Source: a virus. From it: a DNA stretch of 64,000 nt. A program made the translations under genes and the position numbers. The notes under the pieces were generated by a model. That model saw only the letters and a list, made by a program, of their open reading frames with translations, did not search any database and had not been told where the DNA came from. Within the stretch, counting starts at the first letter, position 1; every line of letters begins with the position of its first letter. This document shows, one piece after another, positions 45,689-55,568 of this stretch. The stretch lies in IMG/VR virus record IMGVR_UViG_3300045988_098422. One strand, given 5' to 3'.

Positions 45689-45719
45689 CTTGCATAATTC
45701 AAAATTATGACTACCTTTG
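45689..45719 (+). promoter_or_regulatory. Bacteroidota-type promoter (CTTG-N19-TACCTTTG), copy 1 of a 29-nt repeat
   Basis: 45701-45729 (AAAATTATGACTACCTTTGTAGTGTCAAT) is identical to 60561-60589. Confidence 0.6.
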
Positions 45720-45747
45720 TAGTGTCAATCAATAAAACAAGGTAGTC

Positions 45748-46050
45748 ATGAAAAGAAAAGTATTAACAGTCAGTGAAGTTAACCAAATGTTAATCCGCAA
45801 GGGATATAGAAGTTGTGAAACTATTCACATAGATATAGAAAATTCTTGGGAAGCGGATACTTTAGTATTTGAAGAATACAAAGATGGACACAGCGTTTGC
45901 GGGCTTTATAAGTTTCATCAATCTGAAGGCTGTCCAGTAGGTTGCGGCAATTTAACTAGAGTGGCAACCTACCGTAAATTAAAGGTTGCTGAAAAATACG
46001 AAATTATTGGTATTGTGGCACGTTTACCCAAACAAGAAAATAAAAATTGA
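45748..46050 (+). CDS. hypothetical protein
   Basis: 100 aa, first gene after the repeat promoter. Confidence 0.45.
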   Translation: MKRKVLTVSEVNQMLIRKGYRSCETIHIDIENSWEADTLVFEEYKDGHSVCGLYKFHQSEGCPVGCGNLTRVATYRKLKVAEKYEIIGIVARLPKQENKN

Positions 46051-46057
46051 TTTAGTT

Positions 46058-48022
46058 ATGGCAAAGAAAGTTAGTTGTGAAGAATTAAGAAACCAACTGT
46101 TAGCCGCAAATGCGGCTTACAGAAGCGGTGAAAGTATTATGTCCGATGTGGAATACGATGCGTTGGTGGAAAAGCTACGTAAACTAGACCCGTCGGACAT
46201 CTTTTTTAATAAAGGAATAGTTGAAGCAGCCGATGACAGAATGGAAGAGTTGCCTGTTCCTATGTACAGTCTTGAAAAGATTAAGGAAATTAAACCGTTG
46301 CGCAAGTGGTTGAAAAAGATGTTGGATGCTGGAGCTTGCGAAGTTGTGGCGATGCCAAAATTTGACGGAATAAGCCTGTTGACCTACGATATGGATGGCG
46401 ACCAAGCGTGGACACGTGGTGACGGTATTGAGGGGCAACGAAGTGACGCACATTTTACTCGCATGAATAACGGCAAGCCCAAAGGATATTTCTGTAACGT
46501 GCATACATGGGGCGAAGCCATTTGTAAGAAAACCACCTTTGCACACTTAAAGGATGAATTGAATGTAGCGTACAAGAACGCCCGAAACATGGTGGCGGGC
46601 GTGTTTAATTCTTCGGACGGTTTTAAGAACTCTGTAATTGCCTATATTGATTTTGTGCGATATGGTATTGATGAACCAATTGACAAGGATGACCAATTGC
46701 GGGTGTTGCGCAATCGTTACCAGAATGTCACACCATCCAGAACCTACTTAATTGAAGAATTATTGGAGCTTGATGATGCAGACTTGAACGACCTTATTGA
46801 TTTGGAACTGCATGATGAATTTGACGCAGAGTACAAGATAGACGGTATTGTATTGGAAATTAATGAATGGGCGGTGAAACAACAGCTTGGAAGACTACCG
46901 AATGGAAACCCCGCTTATTCGGTTGCATTTAAGCGTGAAGAATGGTGTGACATTTATCAAACTAAAGTGACAGGGATTGAAAAAGGTATTGGCAAAACAG
47001 GTGTTTTGAACCCTGTTATCCTAATTGAACCCGTGGAAATAAATGGTGCGACAGTGAGCCGTGCTACCGCTTATAACGCTGCCTATTTGGTTGAAAACAA
47101 CATTTGTGAGGGGGCTGTGATAGAGGTTACTCGTGGGGGTGATGTAATACCCAAACACTTGAAAACATTGGAATATAACGAAACAATGTTTGAAAAGATG
47201 TGTGATGACCTTGTTATCTGTCCTTCGTGTGGGAAACCGTTAAAATGGAATGAAACAAATGTTGATTTAGTGTGTACGAATGACAAATGTAAAGAAATGG
47301 TAATCAGTGAAATGGTTTACTTTTTCCGTACAATGGGGTGTGAACAGTTTGAAGAACCTACAATACGTCGTTTGTATAATTTTGGCTACCGTAGTGTAGA
47401 AACGATTTTAGAGTCTCATGTAGCCGAGTTCCAAAAGTTGCTCGGCAAGGCTAAGGGTAAAACGGTTTACGACCAAATACAGAAAGTGTTGACTGAAGGC
47501 GTGCCGATGGCACGTTACATGACGGCACTAAATATTTTTGATGGCAAAATTGCCGAAGCCACCTGTCAGAAAATTTTTGATGCAGCGAATCCGGAAATGG
47601 TGGAAAGAGTAAAAACTGTTTCGTACGAAATTGGTAGCATAGCGGAAGCCACCTATTTAGCCAAGTCTTTAGAACAGGTTAACGGGGTAGGCGAGATATT
47701 GGCACGCTCATTCGTTAAGGGGCTGATAAAACTTCAACACATAGGTATATATCCGGGAGTAAATATTACCTATGTTCAGACGCCTGAAACTACACCGCTT
47801 GCAGAAAATGCGATGGTTGTATGTATGACAGGTTTTAGGGATAAGGAAATGGAAGTGCAACTCAATAAACTTGGACACAGGGTTGTTGATGGCGTTACTA
47901 AAGAATGCAATGTGCTCGTAGTTGCTGATTTGAACAGCAATAGCAGCAAGATGAAAAAGGCAAAAGAAAAAGGACTTAGAATTGTAGAACGTATGGAATT
48001 TAGACGTGAATTACTATTATAA
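46058..48022 (+). CDS. ligA: NAD-dependent DNA ligase
   Basis: Adenylation motif MPKFDGISL (KxDG), EYKIDGIVLE, Zn finger CPSCGKPL..CTNDKC, HhH region, BRCT-like C-terminus (VVCMTGFRD..VLVVAD). ATG at 46058. Confidence 0.8.
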   Translation: MAKKVSCEELRNQLLAANAAYRSGESIMSDVEYDALVEKLRKLDPSDIFFNKGIVEAADDRMEELPVPMYSLEKIKEIKPLRKWLKKMLDAGACEVVAMPKFDGISLLTYDMDGDQAWTRGDGIEGQRSDAHFTRMNNGKPKGYFCNVHTWGEAICKKTTFAHLKDELNVAYKNARNMVAGVFNSSDGFKNSVIAYIDFVRYGIDEPIDKDDQLRVLRNRYQNVTPSRTYLIEELLELDDADLNDLIDLELHDEFDAEYKIDGIVLEINEWAVKQQLGRLPNGNPAYSVAFKREEWCDIYQTKVTGIEKGIGKTGVLNPVILIEPVEINGATVSRATAYNAAYLVENNICEGAVIEVTRGGDVIPKHLKTLEYNETMFEKMCDDLVICPSCGKPLKWNETNVDLVCTNDKCKEMVISEMVYFFRTMGCEQFEEPTIRRLYNFGYRSVETILESHVAEFQKLLGKAKGKTVYDQIQKVLTEGVPMARYMTALNIFDGKIAEATCQKIFDAANPEMVERVKTVSYEIGSIAEATYLAKSLEQVNGVGEILARSFVKGLIKLQHIGIYPGVNITYVQTPETTPLAENAMVVCMTGFRDKEMEVQLNKLGHRVVDGVTKECNVLVVADLNSNSSKMKKAKEKGLRIVERMEFRRELLL

Positions 48023-49670
48023 GGACAATCAATATTGGTACGTAGGATTTCGCTACGACGAACGCTTGGTTAAAGAAATCAAGCGTTTTGTTGGAGCGGG
48101 GTATAATCCCGAGAATAAAGAATGGTACATTCCTTTCACATTACCAACTGTCGCACCGTTGCAAAAATGGTTACACGACAATGGATTTGTGGAAGGGATG
48201 AATTATTACCCCTCTAAACGGGTGCTGGAGTATCAGGAACCCCCTGTAATTATTACCCCTGAAGATGTGGCTATTGCTTGTAAAGAGCTAGGGTTTAAGC
48301 GAATGCCACGTCCATATCAATGTGAGGGTATTGCTTACATGATAAATCATGGCAACTGCATAAACGGGGATGATTGTGGCTTAGGGAAAACAGGGCAAAC
48401 GATTGCGACATTAGAATTAATGGATGCTTTTCCAGCTTTGGTTATCACTCCTGCATCTGTGAAATACAACTGGAAAAAGGAGTGGGAAAAATGGAACCCG
48501 ACCCGCACTGTTGGGGTAGTTGGGCGCAAAAAGAAGTTTGACGAAAATGTATGGCAGAATGACGTGATTATTATTAATTACGATATACTAGGTGAGCGGG
48601 GCTTAGATAAGCCAACAGCGAAGTTCAAAGAGCTCCTAAAGAAGCGATGGGCGTCTTGTGTGATGGATGAAATACATTTCTTGAAGAGCGAAAAGGCGTT
48701 ACGAACCAAAATGGCGAAGAAAATTGTAAAAACAGTTCCGCATGTATGGGGGTTAACAGGCACATTGACACAGAACAAACCCGCAGACTTAATACAGCCG
48801 TTTACGATAATACGTAGGTTTGAGGACATTTTTGGCAGTACGAAAGAATTTAAGTATCGTTATTGCAATGCGAAAATGACAGTATTTGGAATGGATTGTA
48901 GTGGGTTTAGCAATTTGGAAGAGCTACATGAATTGTTGCGAATGGGTGGGTACATCAGGCGTAATAAAAGAGATGTGCTGGATGAATTGCCGCCAATGGT
49001 GGAACAAACTATTGACGTGCCTATTAGCAATACTAGAGAATACCGTAAAGCGGAAAATAACCTGTTGGAATACTTGGAAAAGATAGATATAAACAAGGTG
49101 AACAGCGCAGTCAATGCTCCACACTTGGTAATGATACAAACGTTGAAACAATTAAGTATAGAGGGCAAACTTCCATTTATCACCACTTATATAAAAGAAT
49201 GGTTGGAAGCAAACGAGGGCGAGCAATTGCTTGTCTTTGGCGTGCACCGGATGCCTCTGCAACAGTTAGCCGAGTACTTCAAAGCCCCGCTTATACAAGG
49301 CGGAGTAAGTGCCGACAAGAAGCAACAAATCGTAAATGAATTCAGTAACGGGGGTCATCGCCTATTGTTTGCCAATATTCAGTCAGCCGGAACAGGTACG
49401 GACGGTCTACAAGATAATTGCAGCAACTTAGTATATATAGAGCTACCCGACAAAAGTACCGAGCTAGAGCAAGCAAATGCAAGACTTGAGCGGATGGGGC
49501 AACGGAATAGTATAAATATAACTTACTTGCTGTCACCGGACACGATAGATGCTGATATCAAAGAGATGGTTGCTGATAAAGGGATGATTACAGGCTTGGT
49601 GAACAAAGGTGGCAATGAAAACGAATTATTAACTAAGAAATTCTTATTAAAGAAAAATGGCAAAATTTGA
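48006..49670 (+). CDS. SNF2-family helicase/translocase
   Basis: DDCGLGKTGQ (motif I), VMDEIHFLK (DEAH-type motif II), LTGTLTQNK (III), C-terminal helicase motifs (ANIQSAGTGTDGLQ, QANARLERMGQ). GTG start overlapping the ligA stop. Confidence 0.7.
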   Translation: MNYYYKDNQYWYVGFRYDERLVKEIKRFVGAGYNPENKEWYIPFTLPTVAPLQKWLHDNGFVEGMNYYPSKRVLEYQEPPVIITPEDVAIACKELGFKRMPRPYQCEGIAYMINHGNCINGDDCGLGKTGQTIATLELMDAFPALVITPASVKYNWKKEWEKWNPTRTVGVVGRKKKFDENVWQNDVIIINYDILGERGLDKPTAKFKELLKKRWASCVMDEIHFLKSEKALRTKMAKKIVKTVPHVWGLTGTLTQNKPADLIQPFTIIRRFEDIFGSTKEFKYRYCNAKMTVFGMDCSGFSNLEELHELLRMGGYIRRNKRDVLDELPPMVEQTIDVPISNTREYRKAENNLLEYLEKIDINKVNSAVNAPHLVMIQTLKQLSIEGKLPFITTYIKEWLEANEGEQLLVFGVHRMPLQQLAEYFKAPLIQGGVSADKKQQIVNEFSNGGHRLLFANIQSAGTGTDGLQDNCSNLVYIELPDKSTELEQANARLERMGQRNSINITYLLSPDTIDADIKEMVADKGMITGLVNKGGNENELLTKKFLLKKNGKI

Positions 49671-49851
49671 AGCAAAGTTTTGGGGCACAAAAGAGAAGCG
49701 AGGACAGCTTGCTAAAGAAGTGGAAATTGTTGAGGCTACCACCCGAGGTGAGGTGGAGGGCAAGCTGTATGCTCGTGGATGGCTAAAAATTAACGGTTTA
49801 AAAGTAAGAGAAGCAAAGAATGAACCGAGTACCGATAACAATATGGACTGA
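49657..49851 (+). CDS. hypothetical small protein
   Basis: 64 aa, overlaps both neighbours. Confidence 0.3.
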   Translation: MAKFEAKFWGTKEKRGQLAKEVEIVEATTRGEVEGKLYARGWLKINGLKVREAKNEPSTDNNMD

Positions 49852-50518
49852 TGGCAGTTGTACCACTAAAGACGACCGAAAAGGTGGAATGGGTGTGTAC
49901 CTACTTGCAGACGGATGCGAAGTAGCTTTGCGACGTGGTTATTGGAACACCACTACACCACGCATGGAACAGCGTGCGTTGATTGCAGCCGTGCAAATGA
50001 TAAACGTTGACATTCCTACTGATGTGTTGATTTGGTGCGACAGCAAGTTTATTGTAGAAGCGATAATGAACGGGGGTGTGCGACAATGGCGTGCCGATGG
50101 CTGGAAAGGTGTTGCAAACGTTGAACTTTGGAAGGAATTTGTTACCGAGGTTGAAAAACGTAGAAAGATGCGCTTATGCGTGCGTCATATCAATGGACAC
50201 CAAAAAGACTTGTTGAACCCTGTTATTTATGGGAATAATGTGGCTGATGCCCTTGCTGATTACCACACGCAAGATTCCTATGTGCAGGATAAGCCCCTAG
50301 AGGGGTTTAGTTGGTACGTTCACGACCCTAGTAGTTTGATATTTATTGCTAAAAACGAGGAACACGAGTATTTGGTTACACATGACGATATTGTGTTGTT
50401 AGGAGATTGCCATTATGCAACAGAAGAAGACCTTGTGAACTGCATAAATGGAAAATGGATTTTTGATGGTTACTACAACGGTGACTACGAAATAAATACC
50501 GAAATAAAAACGATTTAG
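49820..50518 (+). CDS. rnhA: RNase HI with ~80-aa C-terminal extension
   Basis: DEDD(H) pattern: WTDGSC, MEQRAL, IWCDSK, INGHQ, GNNVADALA. Confidence 0.7.
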   Translation: MNRVPITIWTDGSCTTKDDRKGGMGVYLLADGCEVALRRGYWNTTTPRMEQRALIAAVQMINVDIPTDVLIWCDSKFIVEAIMNGGVRQWRADGWKGVANVELWKEFVTEVEKRRKMRLCVRHINGHQKDLLNPVIYGNNVADALADYHTQDSYVQDKPLEGFSWYVHDPSSLIFIAKNEEHEYLVTHDDIVLLGDCHYATEEDLVNCINGKWIFDGYYNGDYEINTEIKTI

Positions 50519-50521
50519 TAT

Positions 50522-51976
50522 ATGGCTGACTTGGATAAGTATAAACAAGCGATTGTGGATGTTTATGACACCACTAATAAAAATATTTTTGTGAATGCAA
50601 CCGCAGGCAGTGGGAAAACATTTACTTTGTGCACACTTGCTGACCGCACACCACCTATAAAATCGTCCATATTCCTAGCCTTTAACAAGTCAATAGCTCA
50701 AGAATTGGGGGCACGTTTGCCTCGCACAGTTAAAGCGTCAACACTACATTCGTGTTCGTTGTCGGCTTTATTGAAAGCATTTAAAATGGATTTCGCTATA
50801 AGTGAAAACAAATACTTTGGAATGGCTAGGGAGTGTTTGGATTTTAAAGGAATAGCCGCTAAAAGAATTAACGGGTTATGCGGCAGAGCTTGCACTCTGT
50901 ATGACCTTATGCGGTTCAACCTGATTACAGACGATTTTGACAAGGTTACAGAGTTGGGGGAAAGGTACGGTGTTGACGCAGACGAAGAAAGCGTACAGAG
51001 AGCCCTAGAGCTTTATAGGGTCGCAAAACACAAAGCCGATAGATACTTTGAGGGTTCAGTAGGTGGAAAATTACGTATGGATTTTACTGATATGCTATAT
51101 TATGCCGCCAATTACATAGACATGAAAGACTTTAAACAATACAATGTCGTAATGCTGGATGAGTGCCAAGATATCAGCCCGTTACAGTTTGAGGTCGTGA
51201 AGCGGTGCAAGACACCACGAGGCAGACTGATAGCCGTAGGTGATGAAAAACAAAGTATTTACAGTTTCATGGGAAGTAATTTGGACAGTTTGCACGCTAT
51301 AAAGAATTCCCCGAATACGATTGAATTACCTTTGTCTATGACATACCGTTGTGCGGTGAATATTGTAGACGAAGCCCGTAAAGTGTTTCCGGACGGTATT
51401 GAGGCAGCTCCGGGAGCTGTATTGGGGAGTGTTGATTGTGGTAGTTTTAGAGATGCCAAAGATGGCGACTTTATATTGTGCCGAAACAATGCACCCCTGA
51501 TGGAAACGTTTATAGAATTATTGAAACTAGGCAAACGGTGCGCCATTATGGGTAAAGATTACGGTGATGAGTTGGTGTACCTAATAGATAGCATTAAAGA
51601 TATTTGGGGGCTGGAAGCTAAGTTAGAAAAGCTAAGTGAAAGCCTTGCGAAGAAAGGTGTTAAAATGCCGACCAAAGTGCCTGCATACGCCCAATTGGAA
51701 GAAAAAGTACACGTCTTGCTCACCCTGTATGAATATTTTGGCGACTTAGAGGTGGTGCGTAATCGCATTTATGATATATTCACAGATACGCAGAGCAAGG
51801 GGGTGACGTTGAGTACGATACATAAATCTAAAGGTTTAGAGGCTGATAACGTATATTTCTTGCAACCGGATTTATTACCGAGCAAGTATGCGGTTACGGA
51901 GTTAGCCTTGTATGCGGAAAAATGTTTAAAATTTGTGGCAATAACGAGGAGTAGAAAGAATTTAATATATTGTTAA
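50522..51976 (+). CDS. UvrD/PcrA-like superfamily 1 helicase
   Basis: NATAGSGKTFTL (Walker A), VMLDECQDISP (motif II), VGDEKQSIYSF, MTYRC, TIHKSKGLEADNVY. Confidence 0.7.
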   Translation: MADLDKYKQAIVDVYDTTNKNIFVNATAGSGKTFTLCTLADRTPPIKSSIFLAFNKSIAQELGARLPRTVKASTLHSCSLSALLKAFKMDFAISENKYFGMARECLDFKGIAAKRINGLCGRACTLYDLMRFNLITDDFDKVTELGERYGVDADEESVQRALELYRVAKHKADRYFEGSVGGKLRMDFTDMLYYAANYIDMKDFKQYNVVMLDECQDISPLQFEVVKRCKTPRGRLIAVGDEKQSIYSFMGSNLDSLHAIKNSPNTIELPLSMTYRCAVNIVDEARKVFPDGIEAAPGAVLGSVDCGSFRDAKDGDFILCRNNAPLMETFIELLKLGKRCAIMGKDYGDELVYLIDSIKDIWGLEAKLEKLSESLAKKGVKMPTKVPAYAQLEEKVHVLLTLYEYFGDLEVVRNRIYDIFTDTQSKGVTLSTIHKSKGLEADNVYFLQPDLLPSKYAVTELALYAEKCLKFVAITRSRKNLIYC

Positions 51977-51994
51977 ACGAATTAAATTAATTTC

Positions 51995-52456
51995 ATGGAA
52001 GAACAAGAAAAACAAGCGGTAAAACAAACTCCCGCTGATTTATATTTGATGGTTCCTAAAAATTCAAAGACAGGGGTGCGGATTTCATTCCTTAGTGTAA
52101 AGAAAATTAAATCCTTTTTTGGGATTGCGCCCACAAGGGAAATTCTTGAAGCTCACTTTCAGGCGGAGCATGTGCGAATGGAAATAGCCGATGCCGAAGC
52201 TAAAAAGGCGGGAAAGAATGCAAAATATTTACCTCAACCCTTGTATTTGCAAATACAAAGTAGTATATTTGCAACTATTGTTGAAGAAGCCCGTGGCAAA
52301 GACAAGGATGTGGATGGTAAAGCCTTGTGTCTAACTCTTGGTTCGCAGATACCCTGTTGTGTAATTACACCTATGCCGGAAGCACCTGTTGAGGACGAGC
52401 AACCAAAACAAGTTCGTAAAAAGAGAACCCCAAAAATTGTTATTAACAATGATTAG
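51995..52456 (+). CDS. hypothetical protein
   Basis: 153 aa. Confidence 0.4.
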   Translation: MEEQEKQAVKQTPADLYLMVPKNSKTGVRISFLSVKKIKSFFGIAPTREILEAHFQAEHVRMEIADAEAKKAGKNAKYLPQPLYLQIQSSIFATIVEEARGKDKDVDGKALCLTLGSQIPCCVITPMPEAPVEDEQPKQVRKKRTPKIVINND

Positions 52457-54785
52457 TAAAGACAGTAGAAAGGTCGTAGGTGAATACGTGTTTTTGAGCA
52501 AGTATTCACAGACACACAACGGTGTTAAAGAAACATGGGACGAGGCTGTTAACCGTGTCATGACAATGCACTGGAACCGTTACAAAGAGATAGTTAATGA
52601 GGCAGATATGCCCGAGTTTGAACGTTTGTTTGGATTTGCTGAAAAGTTGTATCATCAGCAACATATTTTAGGGGCACAAAGAGCCTTACAATATGGGGGT
52701 GAGTTGATGCTTGAAAAACACGCTCGGTTTTACAACTGTTCAAGCACTTATATTGACCGTGTGGAAGTGTTTGAGGAAATTATGTATTTGCTCTTATGTG
52801 GGGCGGGTACAGGGTACAGTGTTCAACATATCCACACCGAACAATTGCCTATCCCCAAAGGGTTTAATCCCAAACTTGAGAAAAAGATATTTGTAATACC
52901 CGATACGATTGAGGGGTGGGCAAAGGCGGCAGGCGAGTTGATTGGAGCTTACTATTATGGACGTGCCGAAGTGTTGTTTGACTATTCCCAAATCCGCCCG
53001 AAAGGTGCTTACATACGAGGTGGATTTAGAGCTCCAGGACCCGAACCATTGCGGGAAGCACTGGACAAAGTAAGAAGCCTCTTGTGCAAAGTTCAGAAGC
53101 GTAAATTGAGACCGTTTGAGCTTCATTATATTATTTGCGTTTTAGCGAATAGTGTGGTAACAGGTGGTGTTCGTCGCAGTGCGATGATAAGTATTTTTGA
53201 CGCTGACGATGTGGAAATGGCAGGTTGTAAAGTTGGGGCGTGGATTAGCACACATCCTGAACTATGCCGAAGCAATAATTCCGCAGCTATTTTGCCCAAT
53301 ACCCCAAAAGAAACATTTGACATGATTTACGAGTTTACCCGTAAATTTGGGGAACCCGGATTTGTGTTTATAGACAGTCCGTGGTTTGTCTATAATCCGT
53401 GCGGGGAAGTGGGTATGTACCCTCGCATCCAGGACGAAAACGGTGCATGGAAATCAGGATGGGGCTTTTGTAACCTATCTGAAATAAACGGGGGTAAAAT
53501 ACAAACCGAACAAGATTTCTATGATGCTTGTGTGGGTGCGTCTGTTATATGTACGTTGCAAGCGGGTTACACGAATTTTAAAGTGTTACAGCCGTGGTCG
53601 CAAAAAATTGCAGAGCGTGACGCCCTGATTGGAGTAGGTATTACGGGGCTATGTGAGAACCCTGACTTATTGTTTGACCCTATTATTCAACGCAAAGGGG
53701 CGATGTTGGTAAAGGAAACGAACCAGAAGATAGCCCGCATGATTGGGATAAATTCAGCGGCACGATGTACCGTTGTCAAGCCGTCGGGTAACAGTTCTCA
53801 ATTACTTGGTACACTGTCAGGTATTACTCCAGGACACGCCCGCCATTACATACGTCATATTCAGGCGGCAGACACCGAACAGGCGGTTCAACTATGGGAA
53901 AAGATAAACCCGAATTGTGTTGAACCGAGTGCATGGAACCCGACCCGTGAAAAAGTACTTGCTTTCCCCGTTACATTGCCAGAGGGTGCAATTCTTAAAC
54001 AAAACCTTTCTGCCATTGAATTCTTGAAATTTGTGCTGATTACCAAACAAAATTGGATAGAGTACGGTACAAACTTTGACCATCCGAGCACTAAAGAAAA
54101 TCCAACGCTACGTATGAATGTTTCTAATACTTGTACGGTAAAACCGGACGAGTGGGATGAAGTACGTGAATTTTTGTGGGAACACCGTGGTGAGTTTGGC
54201 GGAATTAGCCTGTTGTCATCATTCGGTGATTTGGATTACCCTCAAGCACCATACACCGAAGTTCTTGACGAGGTGGAATTGGCTGAACGATACGGTGCAG
54301 GTGCAATTCTGTCCAGTGGTTTAATAGTGGATGCAGCTGATGTCTTTAAGGACGTTTGGGAAGGCTGCAACGCTGCAACAGGCTTAGCTCCTAATTTACT
54401 GACTCTTACTGATGCAGACATTGCTAAATACATTACAGATAATATTAAGGACGGCAAGTTTTTAGTAGATATTGACGGGGTGTGTTTTAGCGATGTGAAT
54501 TGCGTAATTGACTATTTGAAACGTAGGGTTGTGAAACGTCTTGAATGGGTGCGCAGGTTCAACAGTTTTGCTGACAAATATATGGAGGGTGACCGTTTAA
54601 AGACCGCCTATTGTTTGAAGCACGTAAACGCCTTTCACAAATGGCAGTTGATTTGCAGGATGAAACCTGTTGATTACTCCGGGATTGTATGGGAAGAGCC
54701 ACTGAAACAAGCAGGCAGTGAGATTGCGACAGCTTGTGCGGGTGGAGCTTGTAGTTTGGAAGAATATAGACGTAGTAAAGAATAA
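52449..54785 (+). CDS. class II (adenosylcobalamin-dependent) ribonucleotide reductase
   Basis: NPCGEV active-site Cys loop, FCNLSEIN, single large polypeptide (778 aa), no beta subunit nearby. ATG at 52449 overlaps the upstream stop (ATGATTAG). Confidence 0.65.
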   Translation: MISKDSRKVVGEYVFLSKYSQTHNGVKETWDEAVNRVMTMHWNRYKEIVNEADMPEFERLFGFAEKLYHQQHILGAQRALQYGGELMLEKHARFYNCSSTYIDRVEVFEEIMYLLLCGAGTGYSVQHIHTEQLPIPKGFNPKLEKKIFVIPDTIEGWAKAAGELIGAYYYGRAEVLFDYSQIRPKGAYIRGGFRAPGPEPLREALDKVRSLLCKVQKRKLRPFELHYIICVLANSVVTGGVRRSAMISIFDADDVEMAGCKVGAWISTHPELCRSNNSAAILPNTPKETFDMIYEFTRKFGEPGFVFIDSPWFVYNPCGEVGMYPRIQDENGAWKSGWGFCNLSEINGGKIQTEQDFYDACVGASVICTLQAGYTNFKVLQPWSQKIAERDALIGVGITGLCENPDLLFDPIIQRKGAMLVKETNQKIARMIGINSAARCTVVKPSGNSSQLLGTLSGITPGHARHYIRHIQAADTEQAVQLWEKINPNCVEPSAWNPTREKVLAFPVTLPEGAILKQNLSAIEFLKFVLITKQNWIEYGTNFDHPSTKENPTLRMNVSNTCTVKPDEWDEVREFLWEHRGEFGGISLLSSFGDLDYPQAPYTEVLDEVELAERYGAGAILSSGLIVDAADVFKDVWEGCNAATGLAPNLLTLTDADIAKYITDNIKDGKFLVDIDGVCFSDVNCVIDYLKRRVVKRLEWVRRFNSFADKYMEGDRLKTAYCLKHVNAFHKWQLICRMKPVDYSGIVWEEPLKQAGSEIATACAGGACSLEEYRRSKE

Positions 54786-54796
54786 TTTTGTATATT

Positions 54797-54822
54797 TGCA
54801 CCCTATAAACAAATAGGGTGCA
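54797..54822 (+). terminator. stem-loop terminator (10-bp stem TGCACCCTAT/ATAGGGTGCA) plus TTTATT
   Basis: Perfect 10-bp inverted repeat 12 nt after the RNR stop. Also partially overlaps a TATATTTG box (54791-54798). Confidence 0.6.
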
Positions 54823-54828
54823 TTTATT

Positions 54829-55527
54829 ATGAAAGAAAAGACTTTAGGTGAGGTTTATTTGGTTACGTGCTTAGTAACAGGTAAACAATACGTTGGAATA
54901 ACTGCAAGAGGTTATTTAAATCGCTGGAAGAAGCATGTTGCAATGTCTAAAACAAAAGCAACAGGTCTTCACGAGGATATTGCTAAGTTTGGGGAAGATA
55001 ACTTTAAAATAGAAGTTATAGAGAGCAAATTATATGCAAATCGTGATAGAATGGCTAAATGGCTATTTAAAAGAGAGCGTTATTGGATTGCTTATTACGG
55101 TACTTATGAAAATGGATATAATTTGACCGCAGGTGGTGACGGTGTGGCAGGCGCACATAAATCAAAAGTTATTAGAGAGCTTATGGCTGAAATGATGAAG
55201 GATTTGTACGAAAACCACCCAGAAGAAAAGATTAAGCGATTGGAAAAGGCTCACGCCAAATTGCGCGACCCCGAATATCGCAAAATTAATTCTGAGAGGG
55301 TAAAAGCCCGTTTTGCTAATCCAGCGGAAAGACAAAGAACTAGCCGCCTAACGAAAGAAGCGATGGATAAATTACCAAAATACAAGAAAGATAAAATTAA
55401 GGAGAAACAGTTTAAGAAGGGATTAATACCTTGGAATAAAGGAAAATCTATGTCTGAAGAACAGAAAAACAAAATTTCTGAAAGCTGCAAAGGCAGAAAG
55501 GCATGGAACAAAGGTTTGAGGAATTGA
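54829..55527 (+). CDS. GIY-YIG homing endonuclease
   Basis: GEVYLVTC..GKQYVGIT, R..KH, GYNLTAGGDG. C-terminal basic region with a NUMOD3-like unit (KISESCKGRK). Confidence 0.75.
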   Translation: MKEKTLGEVYLVTCLVTGKQYVGITARGYLNRWKKHVAMSKTKATGLHEDIAKFGEDNFKIEVIESKLYANRDRMAKWLFKRERYWIAYYGTYENGYNLTAGGDGVAGAHKSKVIRELMAEMMKDLYENHPEEKIKRLEKAHAKLRDPEYRKINSERVKARFANPAERQRTSRLTKEAMDKLPKYKKDKIKEKQFKKGLIPWNKGKSMSEEQKNKISESCKGRKAWNKGLRN

Positions 55528-55568
55528 TTTGTTTTTAAACGTATTAAAATAAAAACGATTAAATAATT

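Noticed and set aside
54791-54798. TATATTTG box as a promoter for the third GIY-YIG gene
   Set aside because: No TTTG lies at the expected -33 distance, and the box overlaps the left arm of the RNR terminator hairpin. I kept it only as a note in the terminator feature.
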